Assembly (NCBI RefSeq): GCF_041584535.1
Contig: NZ_JBFHDW010000001.1
Location: 1 to 32,351, forward strand
From: Actibacterium sp.
GTDB taxonomy: Bacteria > Pseudomonadota > Alphaproteobacteria > Rhodobacterales > Rhodobacteraceae
DNA: 32,351 nucleotides
Direction: 5' to 3'
Position 1 is the stretch's first letter. Every line of letters begins with the position of its first letter. The notes beneath the pieces are model-generated. The model was not told where the DNA came from. It worked only from the letters and a program-made list of their open reading frames with translations, and ran no database searches. Of this stretch, positions 9,352 to 18,919 are shown one piece after another. The position numbers and the translations under genes were made by a program.

Positions 9352-9927
9352 ATGGCAGATCGCTGTGATTGGTGCGGGGAGGACCCGATTTATATTTCCT
9401 ATCACGACACCGAATGGGGCGTGCCGGAATATGACAGCCGCGCCTTGTGGGAAAAGCTGATTCTCGACGGGTTTCAGGCCGGGCTAAGCTGGATCACCAT
9501 CCTGAAAAAGCGCGAGAATTTTCGCGCGGCCTTTCACGGTTTCGACCCCAATGTCATCGCCGACTGGGGCGAGGCCGAGATCGCGCGCCTGCTGGCCGAT
9601 CCGGGCATCGTGCGGCACCGGGGCAAGATCGAGGCGACGATCGGCAATGCGCAAGCATGGCAGCGGATCGAGGCCGAACAGGGGTTTGACCGCTTTTTAT
9701 GGGACTATGTCGGCGGCGCGCCGATCCGCAATCTTTGGGACAGCATGGCGCAAATTCCGGCCGAGACCGCGCTGTCGCGGCAAATCTCGAAGGATCTGAA
9801 GAAAGCCGGGTTCAAATTCTGCGGCCCGACCATCGTTTATGCCTTCATGCAGGCGGTGGGCATGGTGAACGATCACCTTGTCACATGTCCGGCACATGAT
9901 CGCTGTGTCGCGTTGGCAAAGGGCTAG
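9352..9927 (+). CDS. tag: DNA-3-methyladenine glycosylase I
   Basis: RCDW...YHDTEWGVP, FQAGLSWITILKKRENFR, GFKFCGPTIVYAFMQAVGMVNDH...C; GGAGG RBS. Confidence 0.95.
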   Translation: MADRCDWCGEDPIYISYHDTEWGVPEYDSRALWEKLILDGFQAGLSWITILKKRENFRAAFHGFDPNVIADWGEAEIARLLADPGIVRHRGKIEATIGNAQAWQRIEAEQGFDRFLWDYVGGAPIRNLWDSMAQIPAETALSRQISKDLKKAGFKFCGPTIVYAFMQAVGMVNDHLVTCPAHDRCVALAKG

Positions 9928-9978
9928 AAAAAACCGGCGCAACGGGCTATGTCCGCCGCCTGTGACAAGGATATGCCC

Positions 9979-10908
9979 ATGACCCAGAAGATTTTCATCG
10001 ACGGCGAGGTCGGCACGACCGGCCTGCAAATCGCGGCGCGGCTGGATACGCGCAGCGACATCTCCCTGATCCGGCTGGGCGAGTCCGAGCGCAAGGATCC
10101 CGCCGCCCGGAAAGAGGCGTTGCGCGCGGCCGATATCGCGATTCTGTGCCTGCCGGATGCGGCCTCGAAAGAGGCGTATGAGATGGTGCAGGGCACTGAA
10201 ACCCGGCTGTTGGATGCCTCGACCGCGCACCGGGTTGCCGAGGGCTGGGTTTATGGCTTTGCCGAAATGACCGCCGGTCAGGCCGAGGCCATCGCCAACG
10301 CCCGCTATGTCGCCAATCCGGGTTGTTATCCGACCGGGGCCATCGGCCTGCTTAGGCCGCTGCGCGAGGCCGGGCTGCTGCCCGCAGGTCTGCCCGTCAG
10401 CGTCAACGCCGTCAGCGGCTATACCGGCGGCGGCAAGGCGATGATCGCGGAGTTCGAGACCGGTCAGGAATCGGGCGGCTTTGTCTATGCCACCTCGCAG
10501 GCGCACAAGCACCTGCCCGAGATGCAGCAATACAGCCTGCTGGATGGCGCGCCGATTTTCGTGCCGTCGGTCGGAAATTTCGCCCAAGGCATGATCGTTC
10601 AGATCCCGCTGCATCTGACGACGCTGCCGCGCACGCCATCGCTGGCCGATCTGCATGCGGCGCTTGCGGCGCATTACACCGGGTCGACCTTTGTGAAGGT
10701 TCTGCCGCTGGACGCCGAACAGGGGCGCATTCAGGCGCAGGCGCTGAACGACACCAATATGCTGGAACTGCGGGTGTGCGGCGATGCCGCCAAAGGGCAG
10801 GCGGTGCTGGTCGCGGTTTTGGACAACCTTGGCAAAGGCGCCTCGGGTGCCGCCGTGCAGAACCTGAACCTGATGATGGGTGTCGATCAGACCACCGGTC
10901 TGGTCTGA
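9979..10908 (+). CDS. argC: N-acetyl-gamma-glutamyl-phosphate reductase, type 2 subfamily
   Basis: KIFIDGEVGTTGLQI, DASTAHR, ANPGCYPTG, VSGYTGGG, DNLGKGASGAAVQNLNLM. Confidence 0.92.
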   Translation: MTQKIFIDGEVGTTGLQIAARLDTRSDISLIRLGESERKDPAARKEALRAADIAILCLPDAASKEAYEMVQGTETRLLDASTAHRVAEGWVYGFAEMTAGQAEAIANARYVANPGCYPTGAIGLLRPLREAGLLPAGLPVSVNAVSGYTGGGKAMIAEFETGQESGGFVYATSQAHKHLPEMQQYSLLDGAPIFVPSVGNFAQGMIVQIPLHLTTLPRTPSLADLHAALAAHYTGSTFVKVLPLDAEQGRIQAQALNDTNMLELRVCGDAAKGQAVLVAVLDNLGKGASGAAVQNLNLMMGVDQTTGLV

Positions 10909-10915
10909 GGCCCGT

Positions 10916-11470
10916 TTACCGTGCCTTGAGGGCAGCGATGATCGCCTTGGCGCTGTCGCTGTCCCATTCGGCATCGCCGTGCAGGCGGCCGATCTCCTGA
11001 CCGTCGCGGTCCAAAATCACGCTGATCGGCAGACCCAGAACCGCCATGTCGCGGGCGAATTGCTGTTTCGGATCGCGCAGCAGGGTCAGGTTCTCGACCC
11101 CGATTTCGGCCATGAATTTCTGGATCATCGGCACCGGGTTACGGCCCACGGCCACGGTGACGACCTGAAAATCCTCATCGCCCTGATCGGTCTGCAACGC
11201 TGCCAGCCCCGGCATTTCCTTGCGGCACGGCGCGCACCATGTCGCCCAGAAGTTCAACAGCACATAACGCCCCTGAAATTCGGCCAAGCTGTGCGGCGCG
11301 TCGTCCATGCCCAGAAGCACCGCCTCGGGCACTTCGACCGGGGCGCGATGCAGGCTTAGCTTCTTCATCGACCCGTCGCGCAGCCCCTCGACCGCGGTCA
11401 AATCCGCCATGGCAGTATTTGCACCCAAGGCAAGGGCCGTGTAGAGGACGATAAACCAGAACCAGCGCAT
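10916..11470 (-). CDS. tlpA: TlpA-like thiol:disulfide oxidoreductase
   Basis: N-terminal signal/anchor, [20 protein letters not shown] cis-Pro loop, GDAEW. Confidence 0.88.
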   Translation of the reverse strand: MRWFWFIVLYTALALGANTAMADLTAVEGLRDGSMKKLSLHRAPVEVPEAVLLGMDDAPHSLAEFQGRYVLLNFWATWCAPCRKEMPGLAALQTDQGDEDFQVVTVAVGRNPVPMIQKFMAEIGVENLTLLRDPKQQFARDMAVLGLPISVILDRDGQEIGRLHGDAEWDSDSAKAIIAALKAR

Positions 11471-11491
11471 TTTCCCTCCGAGGGCAGACAG

Positions 11492-12883
11492 ATGACTAAC
11501 GACAGCTCGAACGCCATGTGGGGCGGCCGCTTTGCCGCCGGACCCGACGCCATCATGGAGGCGATCAACGCCTCGATCGGCTACGACAAACGGATGGCGT
11601 CTCAGGACATTCAGGGCTCTCGTGCCCATGCCGCCATGTTGGCCGCACAGGGTATCATTACCGATAGCGATGCTGTGGCGATCCGGGAAGGCCTGCTCAC
11701 GGTCTTGTCAGAGATCGAGACCGGGAATTTCGCGTTTTCGACCGCGCTGGAAGACATTCACATGAATGTCGAGGCCCGGCTGAAGGAAATCATCGGCGAA
11801 CCGGCGGGCCGTCTGCACACCGCCCGGTCGCGCAATGATCAGGTGGCGACCGATTTCCGCCTGTGGGTGCGCGATCAGATCGACGCCGCCATCGGCGGGC
11901 TTGAAGCATTGATCCGCGCGCTGCTGACCCAGGCCGAGGCCGGGGCCGATTGGGTGATGCCGGGCTTTACCCATCTGCAAACCGCGCAACCGGTGACATG
12001 GGGTCATCACATGATGGCCTATGTCGAAATGTTCGGCCGCGACATGTCGCGCTTTGCCGATGCGCGGGTGCGGATGAATGAATCGCCTCTGGGTTCGGCG
12101 GCGCTGGCGGGCACGTCGTTTCCGATCGACCGGCATATGACGGCCAAGGCGCTGGGTTTTGACCGCCCGACCGCCAACAGCCTTGATGCCGTGTCCGACC
12201 GCGATTTCGCGCTGGAATTCCTTGCCGCCGCGTCGATCTGCGCCATGCACCTGTCGCGCTTTGCCGAAGAGCTGGTGATCTGGTCTTCGGCCCAGTTCCG
12301 CTTTGTCACGCTGTCGGACCGGTTCTCGACCGGGTCGTCGATCATGCCGCAGAAAAAGAACCCCGACGCGGCCGAGTTGATCCGTGCCAAGGTTGGCCGG
12401 ATTTTCGGCTCGAACGTGGCGCTGATGATGGTGATGAAGGGGCTGCCGCTGGCCTATTCCAAGGACATGCAGGAAGACAAGGAACAGGTGTTCGATGCCG
12501 CCGACAACCTGATGCTGGCGCTGGCCGCGATGGAAGGCATGGTCAAGGACATGACCGCCAACCGTCCCAGCCTTGAAGCCGCCGCTGGCTCGGGCTTCAG
12601 CACCGCGACCGATCTGGCCGACTGGCTGGTGCGGGCGCTGAACATGCCGTTCCGTCAGGCCCACCATGTCACCGGCGCGCTGGTGGCGATGGCCGAGGCC
12701 AAGGGCTGTGACCTGCCCGACCTGACGCTGGCCGATATGCAATCGGTCCATGACGCGATCACTGACGAGGTGTTCGGCGTGCTGGGCGTGCAGAACTCGG
12801 TCGCCAGTCGCATGTCCTATGGCGGCACCGCCCCGGCTCAGGTCCGGGCGCAGATCACCCGCTGGCAGGAGAAACTGGCATGA
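11492..12883 (+). CDS. argH: Argininosuccinate lyase
   Basis: [24 protein letters not shown], signature [22 protein letters not shown]. Confidence 0.97.
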   Translation: MTNDSSNAMWGGRFAAGPDAIMEAINASIGYDKRMASQDIQGSRAHAAMLAAQGIITDSDAVAIREGLLTVLSEIETGNFAFSTALEDIHMNVEARLKEIIGEPAGRLHTARSRNDQVATDFRLWVRDQIDAAIGGLEALIRALLTQAEAGADWVMPGFTHLQTAQPVTWGHHMMAYVEMFGRDMSRFADARVRMNESPLGSAALAGTSFPIDRHMTAKALGFDRPTANSLDAVSDRDFALEFLAAASICAMHLSRFAEELVIWSSAQFRFVTLSDRFSTGSSIMPQKKNPDAAELIRAKVGRIFGSNVALMMVMKGLPLAYSKDMQEDKEQVFDAADNLMLALAAMEGMVKDMTANRPSLEAAAGSGFSTATDLADWLVRALNMPFRQAHHVTGALVAMAEAKGCDLPDLTLADMQSVHDAITDEVFGVLGVQNSVASRMSYGGTAPAQVRAQITRWQEKLA

Positions 12884-12981
12884 AACTGGCCGCTGCTTTG
12901 ATGGCGCTGCTGGCGCTGGCCGCTTGCGGTGTCGATGGCCCGCCGGAACGTCCCGTGTCGCGGGGCGAGGTGGCGCTCTGA
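12880..12981 (+). CDS. 33-aa small lipoprotein (possibly LptM/LppL-like)
   Basis: [33 protein letters not shown]; lipobox LAAC; ATGA overlap with the argH stop and TGATG overlap with the next gene. Not in the ORF track. Confidence 0.75.
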   Translation: MKLAAALMALLALAACGVDGPPERPVSRGEVAL

Positions 12982-13298
12982 TGTCGCTTTTGCGTCTGAT
13001 CTATCTGGGGCTTGCGCTGTGGGGCGCGATCCATCCGATGAGCCATTTCATCGTGTGGTTCGGCGAGAACGGCTTTGGCGCGGGCAAACTGATCGACGCA
13101 TGGCAGGCGAACGCGGCCAGTTCGGGGCTGATGTGGGATCTGACCATCGCGGTCATCGCGCTGACGGTCTGGATCATCGCCGAAACCCGCGTGCGCAAGA
13201 ACTGGCTGGCGCTGATCGCCATTCCGGTATCGTTTTTCCTTGGCGTCTCCTGCGGGTTGCCGCTGTATCTGTTTCTTCGGACAAGGCCGATCACCTGA
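12981..13298 (+). CDS. DUF2834-like membrane protein
   Basis: [20 protein letters not shown]...ANAASSGLMWDL...GVSCGLPLYLFLR; several TM segments; TGATG coupling at both ends. Confidence 0.8.
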   Translation: MSLLRLIYLGLALWGAIHPMSHFIVWFGENGFGAGKLIDAWQANAASSGLMWDLTIAVIALTVWIIAETRVRKNWLALIAIPVSFFLGVSCGLPLYLFLRTRPIT

Positions 13299-14563
13299 TG
13301 GATCATTTCCTGTATCATAATGGCGTTCTCTGCGCCGAGGACGTTCCCGTCACCGACATTGCCGCCGCTGTCGGCACGCCGTTCTATGTCTATTCCACCG
13401 CGACGCTGACCCGGCATTTCCGGCTGTTCGACGAGGCGTTGATGGGCATGGATCACCTGATCTGTTTCGCCATGAAGGCCAACTCGAACCAAGCGGTTCT
13501 GACGCTGATGGCGTCATTGGGGGCCGGGGTGGATGTGGTCTCGGGCGGGGAATATGCCCGCGCCAAGGCCGCCGGGTTTGACGGCGACAAGATCGTGTTT
13601 TCCGGCGTCGGCAAGACCCGCGAGGAAATGCGCACCGCGCTGCTGGGCGGCATTCGCCAGTTCAATCTGGAATCCGAACCGGAAATGCGCCGCCTGAACC
13701 AGATCGCGTTGGAGTTGGGCGTTGTGGCGCCGGTCACCGTGCGGGTGAACCCGGATGTCGACGCCAAGACCCATGAAAAGATCGCCACCGGCAAATCCGA
13801 GAACAAGTTCGGCATCCCGATCGCCCGCGCGCCCGAGGTCTATGCCGAGATCGCCACGCTGCCCGGCCTGCGCGCCGTTGGCATCGACGTGCATATCGGC
13901 AGCCAGCTGACCGATCTTGAGCCCTTCCGGCAGGCCTATCGCAAGGTGGCCGATCTGACCCGCACCCTGCGCGCACAGGGGCATGATATCATCCGGCTGG
14001 ATCTGGGCGGCGGTCTGGGCATCCCCTACGAGCGCTCGAATGCCGCGCCGCCGCTGCCGGTCGAATATGGTGCCATGGTCCGGCATGAACTGGCCGATCT
14101 GGGCTGCGAGATTGAAATCGAACCCGGCCGCCTGATCGCGGGCAACGCCGGTATTCTGGTGACCGAGGTGATCTATGTGAAATCCGGCGAGGGCCGCGAA
14201 TTCGTCATTGTCGATGCGGCAATGAACGATCTGGTCCGCCCGGCGATGTATTCTGCCCATCACGACATCGTGCCGGTGATCGAGCCGGCGCCGGGGGCCG
14301 AGCAATCGCCCTTTGACGTGGTCGGCCCGGTTTGCGAGACCGGCGACACCTTTGCCAAGCAACGCAACCTGACGGCCATGGCCGAGGGTGATCTGATCGC
14401 CTTCCGCTCGGCCGGGGCGTATGGCGCGGTGATGGCCTCGGAATACAACACCCGGCCGCTGATTCCCGAGGTTCTGGTCAAGGACGATCAGTTCGCGGTG
14501 ATCCGTGCGCGGCCGACCTATGAACAGATCATCGCCCGCGACAGCGTGCCGGACTGGCTGTAA
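13298..14563 (+). CDS. lysA: Diaminopimelate decarboxylase
   Basis: GTPFYVYS, FAMKANSN (PLP lysine), HIGSQ, DLGGGLG, EPGR, GPVCETGD, GAYG. Confidence 0.96.
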   Translation: MDHFLYHNGVLCAEDVPVTDIAAAVGTPFYVYSTATLTRHFRLFDEALMGMDHLICFAMKANSNQAVLTLMASLGAGVDVVSGGEYARAKAAGFDGDKIVFSGVGKTREEMRTALLGGIRQFNLESEPEMRRLNQIALELGVVAPVTVRVNPDVDAKTHEKIATGKSENKFGIPIARAPEVYAEIATLPGLRAVGIDVHIGSQLTDLEPFRQAYRKVADLTRTLRAQGHDIIRLDLGGGLGIPYERSNAAPPLPVEYGAMVRHELADLGCEIEIEPGRLIAGNAGILVTEVIYVKSGEGREFVIVDAAMNDLVRPAMYSAHHDIVPVIEPAPGAEQSPFDVVGPVCETGDTFAKQRNLTAMAEGDLIAFRSAGAYGAVMASEYNTRPLIPEVLVKDDQFAVIRARPTYEQIIARDSVPDWL

Positions 14564-14608
14564 TCCGCGCGGGCGATCAAACGCCCGTCATCGCCGGTTC
14601 GTATGGCT

Positions 14609-14636
14609 TTGACGTGCCGGGTTTCCGCTATACCAT
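14609..14636 (+). promoter_or_regulatory. Putative sigma70 promoter for the TIGR02302 gene
   Basis: TTGACG-N16-TACCAT ending 36 bp upstream of the ATG. Confidence 0.5.
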
Positions 14637-14672
14637 TCCGTTACACGCAGGTTTTCTGCGCCGGATGGATAT

Positions 14673-17150
14673 ATGACCGATCTGACTGCCCTGCGATCCA
14701 AGGCCCGCGCTGATCTGGCCCGACCGCTGCGCCTGACGCGCTGGGGAATGCTGGCCGAGCGCCTAATCCGCGCGTTCTGGCCGCTGTGGTCGGTGCTGTG
14801 CGCCGCTGTGGCGCTGGCGGCGCTGGGGGTTCAGAACGCAGTGCCGTTATGGGTGGTTCAGGCAGTTGCCGCGCTGGCGCTGATCGTGGCGCTGGTGACA
14901 GCGTTTCAGGGCGCGCGGCGGTTCCGTTGGCCGACCCGGTCCGAGGTCGAAGCCCGTCTGGATCACACGCTGAAAGGCCGCCCCATTGCAACGCTGGCTG
15001 ATGCTCAGGCCATCGGGGCCTCGGACCCGGCCTCGCAAGCGGTGTGGCAGGCGCATCTGGCCCGCATGGCGGCGCGCGTCAGACAGGCGCGCCCGGTGCC
15101 CGCCGATCTGCGCCTGTCGCGCTATGACGCGCTGGGCCTGCGCTATGTCGCGCTGACCGGGCTGATCGCGGCAGGGCTGTTCGGGTCGGTGGCGCAAATA
15201 GGGTCGGTCTCGGTTCTGCCGGGCGGCATGGGCACGGCGGTGGCCGGTGGCCCGGCATGGGAAGGCTGGGCCGAGCCGCCCAGCTACACCGCGCTGCCGA
15301 CGCTGTATCTGAACGACGTCCCGTCTGGCGCACTCAGCCTGCCCGAGGGCACCCGCCTGACCCTGCGGTTCTATGGCGACAGCAAGCGGCTGGGCTTGTC
15401 TCAGGACGTGGCCAAGGCCGCGCCGTCCGACGATCCGGCGGCGGGAAACAGTTTCGAGTTGGAACGCTCGGGCCGCTTGTCGGTGCAGGGGCCGGGCGGG
15501 CGCGATTGGCAGATATTGATGCATCCCGACCTGCCGCCCAAGGTGACGATCACCGGTCTGGCCACCCGCGACGCCGAGGGTAAGATGGAGCTGCCCTTTG
15601 CCGCCAGCGACGATTACGGCATCACCGGCGGCCACGCGGTGATTACGCTGAACCTTGCGCAGGTCAGCCGTGATCATGGCTTGGCTGCGACCCCGGACCC
15701 GCGCGAGTCGCTGGTTCTGGATCTGCCGCGCCCCTTGCGGGCGGACCGGACCGATTTCGAGGATTTCCTGATCGACAACCTCAGCCAGCATGCCTGGGCC
15801 GGGCTGCCGGTGACCGTGACGCTTGAGGTCCGCGACGCGCGCGGGCAGGCGGGCCTTTCGCCAGCCGAGGATATGATCCTGCCGGGTCGCCGGTTCTTTG
15901 ACCCGCTGGCAAATGCCATCATTGAACAGCGTCGCGATCTGCTGTGGACCCGCGACAATGGCCGCCGGGTGGCGCAGGTTCTGCGCGCGATCAGCGCCCG
16001 GCCCGACAGTCTGGATATCCCCTCCAGCGCCTATCTGAAATTGCGCGCTGCCATTCGCCAGCTTGAGGCCGGGTTGCCGGACGGGCTGGGCGATCAGACC
16101 CGCGATGAACTGGCGCTGGCGCTGTGGGATCTGGCGCTTGAGCTGGAACTGGGCGATCTGAACGACGCCCGCGCCCGTCTGGACCGCGCGCAGGACCGTC
16201 TGTCCGAAGCGATGAAGAACGGTGCCAACAAGGATGAGATCGCCGCGCTGATGCAGGAATTGCGCGAGGCGATGCAGGACTATCTGCAACAATTGGCCGA
16301 ACAACAGCAGGGCGACGATCAGCAGTTTTCCGAAAACGATCCGAACGCGCAGACCCTGTCCGCCGATCAGTTGGAACAGATGCTGGCGCGGATTCAGGAC
16401 CTGATGGAACAAGGCCGGATGGCCGAGGCGCAGCAGTTGATGCAGGAACTGGCGCAGATGATGCAGAACATGCGCGTTACTCAGGGCGACGGCCAGAATG
16501 GCGATGGTCAGGGCAATGGCGCGCGCGAGGGGTTGCAGGAAACGCTGCGCGATCAGCAAGACCTGTCCGACGACGCGTTCGGCGATCTGCAACGCCGCTT
16601 TGACCCCGATGGCACGCCCGCGCCGGGGCAAGAGGGCGATGCCCAGCGTCCGGGCGGCGATCTGGCGGATCGGCAAGAGGCGCTGCGCGATCAGTTGCAG
16701 GAATTGCAGCGCGCGATGCCGGGCTTGGGCGGTGAAGAGGGCAAGGCCCTGCGCGAATCGCTGGATCAGGCCGGGCGTGCGATGGACCGCGCCGAAGACC
16801 GCCTGCGCAATGACGATCTGGCCGGCGCGCTGGACGATCAGGCCGAGGCAATCGACGCCCTGCGCAACGGCATGGGTGCCATGGACCGGGCGCAGGCACA
16901 ACGGCAACAGCAGCAGGGCGCGCAAGGGGCCGAGAACGGGCAGGGCGATCAGGGCGGGCGCCGCGATCCGCTGGGTCGCAATGGCGGAAACGGTGCCGAC
17001 GAGGGCGACACGCGCAGCGGTCGCCGCCACGAGGCCCGAGATCAGGAACGGGCGTTGGAACTGATGGACGAAATCCGCCGCCGCGCATTGGACCGCACGC
17101 GCCCCGAGGCCGAACTGGATTACCTGAAACGCCTGCTGGACCTGTTCTAG
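14673..17150 (+). CDS. TIGR02302/DUF4175 family membrane protein
   Basis: N-terminal TM segments, W..PP.YT..P motif, DDYG, RFFDPLANAIIEQRR, Q/G-rich coiled-coil C-terminus, DPLGR, ELDYLKRLL. Confidence 0.85.
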   Translation: MTDLTALRSKARADLARPLRLTRWGMLAERLIRAFWPLWSVLCAAVALAALGVQNAVPLWVVQAVAALALIVALVTAFQGARRFRWPTRSEVEARLDHTLKGRPIATLADAQAIGASDPASQAVWQAHLARMAARVRQARPVPADLRLSRYDALGLRYVALTGLIAAGLFGSVAQIGSVSVLPGGMGTAVAGGPAWEGWAEPPSYTALPTLYLNDVPSGALSLPEGTRLTLRFYGDSKRLGLSQDVAKAAPSDDPAAGNSFELERSGRLSVQGPGGRDWQILMHPDLPPKVTITGLATRDAEGKMELPFAASDDYGITGGHAVITLNLAQVSRDHGLAATPDPRESLVLDLPRPLRADRTDFEDFLIDNLSQHAWAGLPVTVTLEVRDARGQAGLSPAEDMILPGRRFFDPLANAIIEQRRDLLWTRDNGRRVAQVLRAISARPDSLDIPSSAYLKLRAAIRQLEAGLPDGLGDQTRDELALALWDLALELELGDLNDARARLDRAQDRLSEAMKNGANKDEIAALMQELREAMQDYLQQLAEQQQGDDQQFSENDPNAQTLSADQLEQMLARIQDLMEQGRMAEAQQLMQELAQMMQNMRVTQGDGQNGDGQGNGAREGLQETLRDQQDLSDDAFGDLQRRFDPDGTPAPGQEGDAQRPGGDLADRQEALRDQLQELQRAMPGLGGEEGKALRESLDQAGRAMDRAEDRLRNDDLAGALDDQAEAIDALRNGMGAMDRAQAQRQQQQGAQGAENGQGDQGGRRDPLGRNGGNGADEGDTRSGRRHEARDQERALELMDEIRRRALDRTRPEAELDYLKRLLDLF

Positions 17151-17151
17151 G

Positions 17152-18093
17152 TCAGCTGCCGGTGCCTTTTTGCAGCAGGCCGGTGGCATTCGTCATCACC
17201 CGGGTCACCGCGTGGTTCAACCCGCCGCGCAGATCGTTCACCACCGCCACATAATTGCTAAGCGCCGGGGCCGCGCCGGGATACAGCGTGGCGATTTTCG
17301 GCGCGGTCAGATAGACCGCCGCCAACAGCGCCCCGGCCAAGACCACGATGCCAAATCCCAAACCAAAGCCGCCGCGCCGCCGGGGCAGCGGATCGTTTTC
17401 CAGAACGGCCTCGCTGATGCCACTGGCCTTGCGCTCGGACGTGGCGCGCAGGGTCGAGTTGATTTCTTCGATATCCGGCAGCAGATCGCGCCGGGCACCG
17501 GGTTTCGAGGGCTTTTCGGCCTCGGGCGAAATCCCGCGCAGCCGGGCGACGCGCTCTTTCAAACCGGCGGCGGCGCTGGTCGTGGCAGCGGATTCATCAA
17601 GCCCAAGATCGGCCTGAAACTCCAACGGGTCGCCGCCCATGATTTCGGCGCGGCGGGCCTGAGTTTCGCGCTCAGCCTCTTCGCGCAGAACTTCGAGGAT
17701 GCTGTCATCCAGCGCCTTGCGTTTGGGGGCGGGCGTGTCTTCGCCACCGTCTTCGAATTCCTGTTCCAGCTCGGCGGTCAAAGCGGCTTCGAACTCATCC
17801 GGTTCGACCTCGTCGCCATCGTCGTCGAACGCATCGTCGAACTGGTCATCGTCCTGATCTTCGGGTTCGTCTTCGAACGCCTCTTCGATCTCGGCTTCGG
17901 CCTCGGGTTCGGCTTCGAATTCGTCCTCGAACTCATCTTCGATCGGGGCGGTCGCGGGCGGTTCCTCGGCGCCGGGGCCGGGCTGAAACCATGTATTGCC
18001 GCAGTTCGAGCACTGGACATCACGTCCCTCGGCGGGGATCACTGCATCGTCGACCTCATATTGCGCATCGCAATTCGGGCAAATCAGCCGCAT
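17152..18093 (-). CDS. MJ0042-type zinc-ribbon membrane protein (ZitP-like)
   Basis: MRLICPNCDAQY...VQCSNCGNTW zinc finger, long acidic linker, one TM helix near the C-terminus; divergent from ftsE. Confidence 0.82.
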   Translation of the reverse strand: MRLICPNCDAQYEVDDAVIPAEGRDVQCSNCGNTWFQPGPGAEEPPATAPIEDEFEDEFEAEPEAEAEIEEAFEDEPEDQDDDQFDDAFDDDGDEVEPDEFEAALTAELEQEFEDGGEDTPAPKRKALDDSILEVLREEAERETQARRAEIMGGDPLEFQADLGLDESAATTSAAAGLKERVARLRGISPEAEKPSKPGARRDLLPDIEEINSTLRATSERKASGISEAVLENDPLPRRRGGFGLGFGIVVLAGALLAAVYLTAPKIATLYPGAAPALSNYVAVVNDLRGGLNHAVTRVMTNATGLLQKGTGS

Positions 18094-18127
18094 AGTAACC
18101 CCGTTTCAACCCTGCTCATCAGTCTTT

Positions 18128-18147
18128 TGTTACATCATGTTGTAACA
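18128..18147. promoter_or_regulatory. Palindromic putative operator between the zinc-ribbon gene and ftsE
   Basis: TGTTACA-TCATGT-TGTAACA, perfect 7-bp inverted repeat. Confidence 0.45.
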
Positions 18148-18241
18148 CGCAGTCCGAAATTTCAAAGCCTTTGCAGGTCTGCGTGATTGAAACCAAGCGT
18201 CCACTGGGGCAAAACAGCCGCAATAGGCAGTGGAGACAGGC

Positions 18242-18919
18242 GTGATCGAGCTGGACAAAGTGGCCCACAGCTATGGTGGAGGCGATCTGTTGACCGATGT
18301 CAGCCTGCGCCTTGCGCCGGGGTCGTTCCACTTTCTGACCGGCCCGTCGGGCGCCGGGAAATCCACCTTGCTGAAATTGTGCTATGGCGAGTTGCTGCCA
18401 AGCGCCGGGCAGGTGCGGCTGTTTGGCCGCGATGTGCGGCAGATGACCCGCGACGACGTGGCCCGCTCGCGTCAGCGGATCGGCGTCGTGCATCAGGACT
18501 GTCAGTTTCTGGACCACCTGTCGCTGGCCGAAAACGTGTCGCTGCCGCTGACGGTTTCGGGCCGCGAGGCCGAGGCAGGCGACGATAATCTGAGCGAATT
18601 GCTGAATTGGGTCGGGCTGTCGCGTCAGGCCGACGCCTTGCCGCCGCAACTGTCGGGCGGCGAACGCCAACGCGCGGCGCTGGCGCGGGCGGTCATCATG
18701 GGGCCGGATGTCATTCTGGCGGATGAGCCGACCGGCAACGTCGATTGGGAAATGTCGCTGCGGCTGATGCAGTTGCTGGTCGAGCTGAACCGGATGGGCA
18801 AGACCATCCTGATCGCCACCCACGATCTGAACCTGATCCGCGCCGCCAAGGCGCAGGTCGCGGCGCGGGTGTTGCGGATCAAGGATCGGCGCTTGCATCT
18901 GGCGGGGGCGAATCTATGA
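18242..18919 (+). CDS. ftsE: Cell division ATP-binding protein FtsE
   Basis: FHFLTGPSGAGKST, IGVVHQD, LSGGERQR, ILADEPTGNVD, ATHD; followed by an FtsX-like permease; GTG start after GGAG. Confidence 0.9.
   Translation: MIELDKVAHSYGGGDLLTDVSLRLAPGSFHFLTGPSGAGKSTLLKLCYGELLPSAGQVRLFGRDVRQMTRDDVARSRQRIGVVHQDCQFLDHLSLAENVSLPLTVSGREAEAGDDNLSELLNWVGLSRQADALPPQLSGGERQRAALARAVIMGPDVILADEPTGNVDWEMSLRLMQLLVELNRMGKTILIATHDLNLIRAAKAQVAARVLRIKDRRLHLAGANL

Noticed and set aside
12750-13297. Long N-terminal extensions of DUF2834 (from 12750) and lysA (from 12929) in the ORF track
   Set aside because: TGATG-coupled starts at 12981 and 13298 fit the family N-termini; the extensions overlap other genes.
14847-17189. 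780-aa minus-strand ORF
   Set aside because: Mirror frame of the TIGR02302 gene; no domain features.
17740-17945. Repetitive TCG/TTC-rich tract as a tandem repeat or CRISPR
   Set aside because: It encodes the D/E-rich linker on the minus strand; there is no fixed repeat-spacer period.
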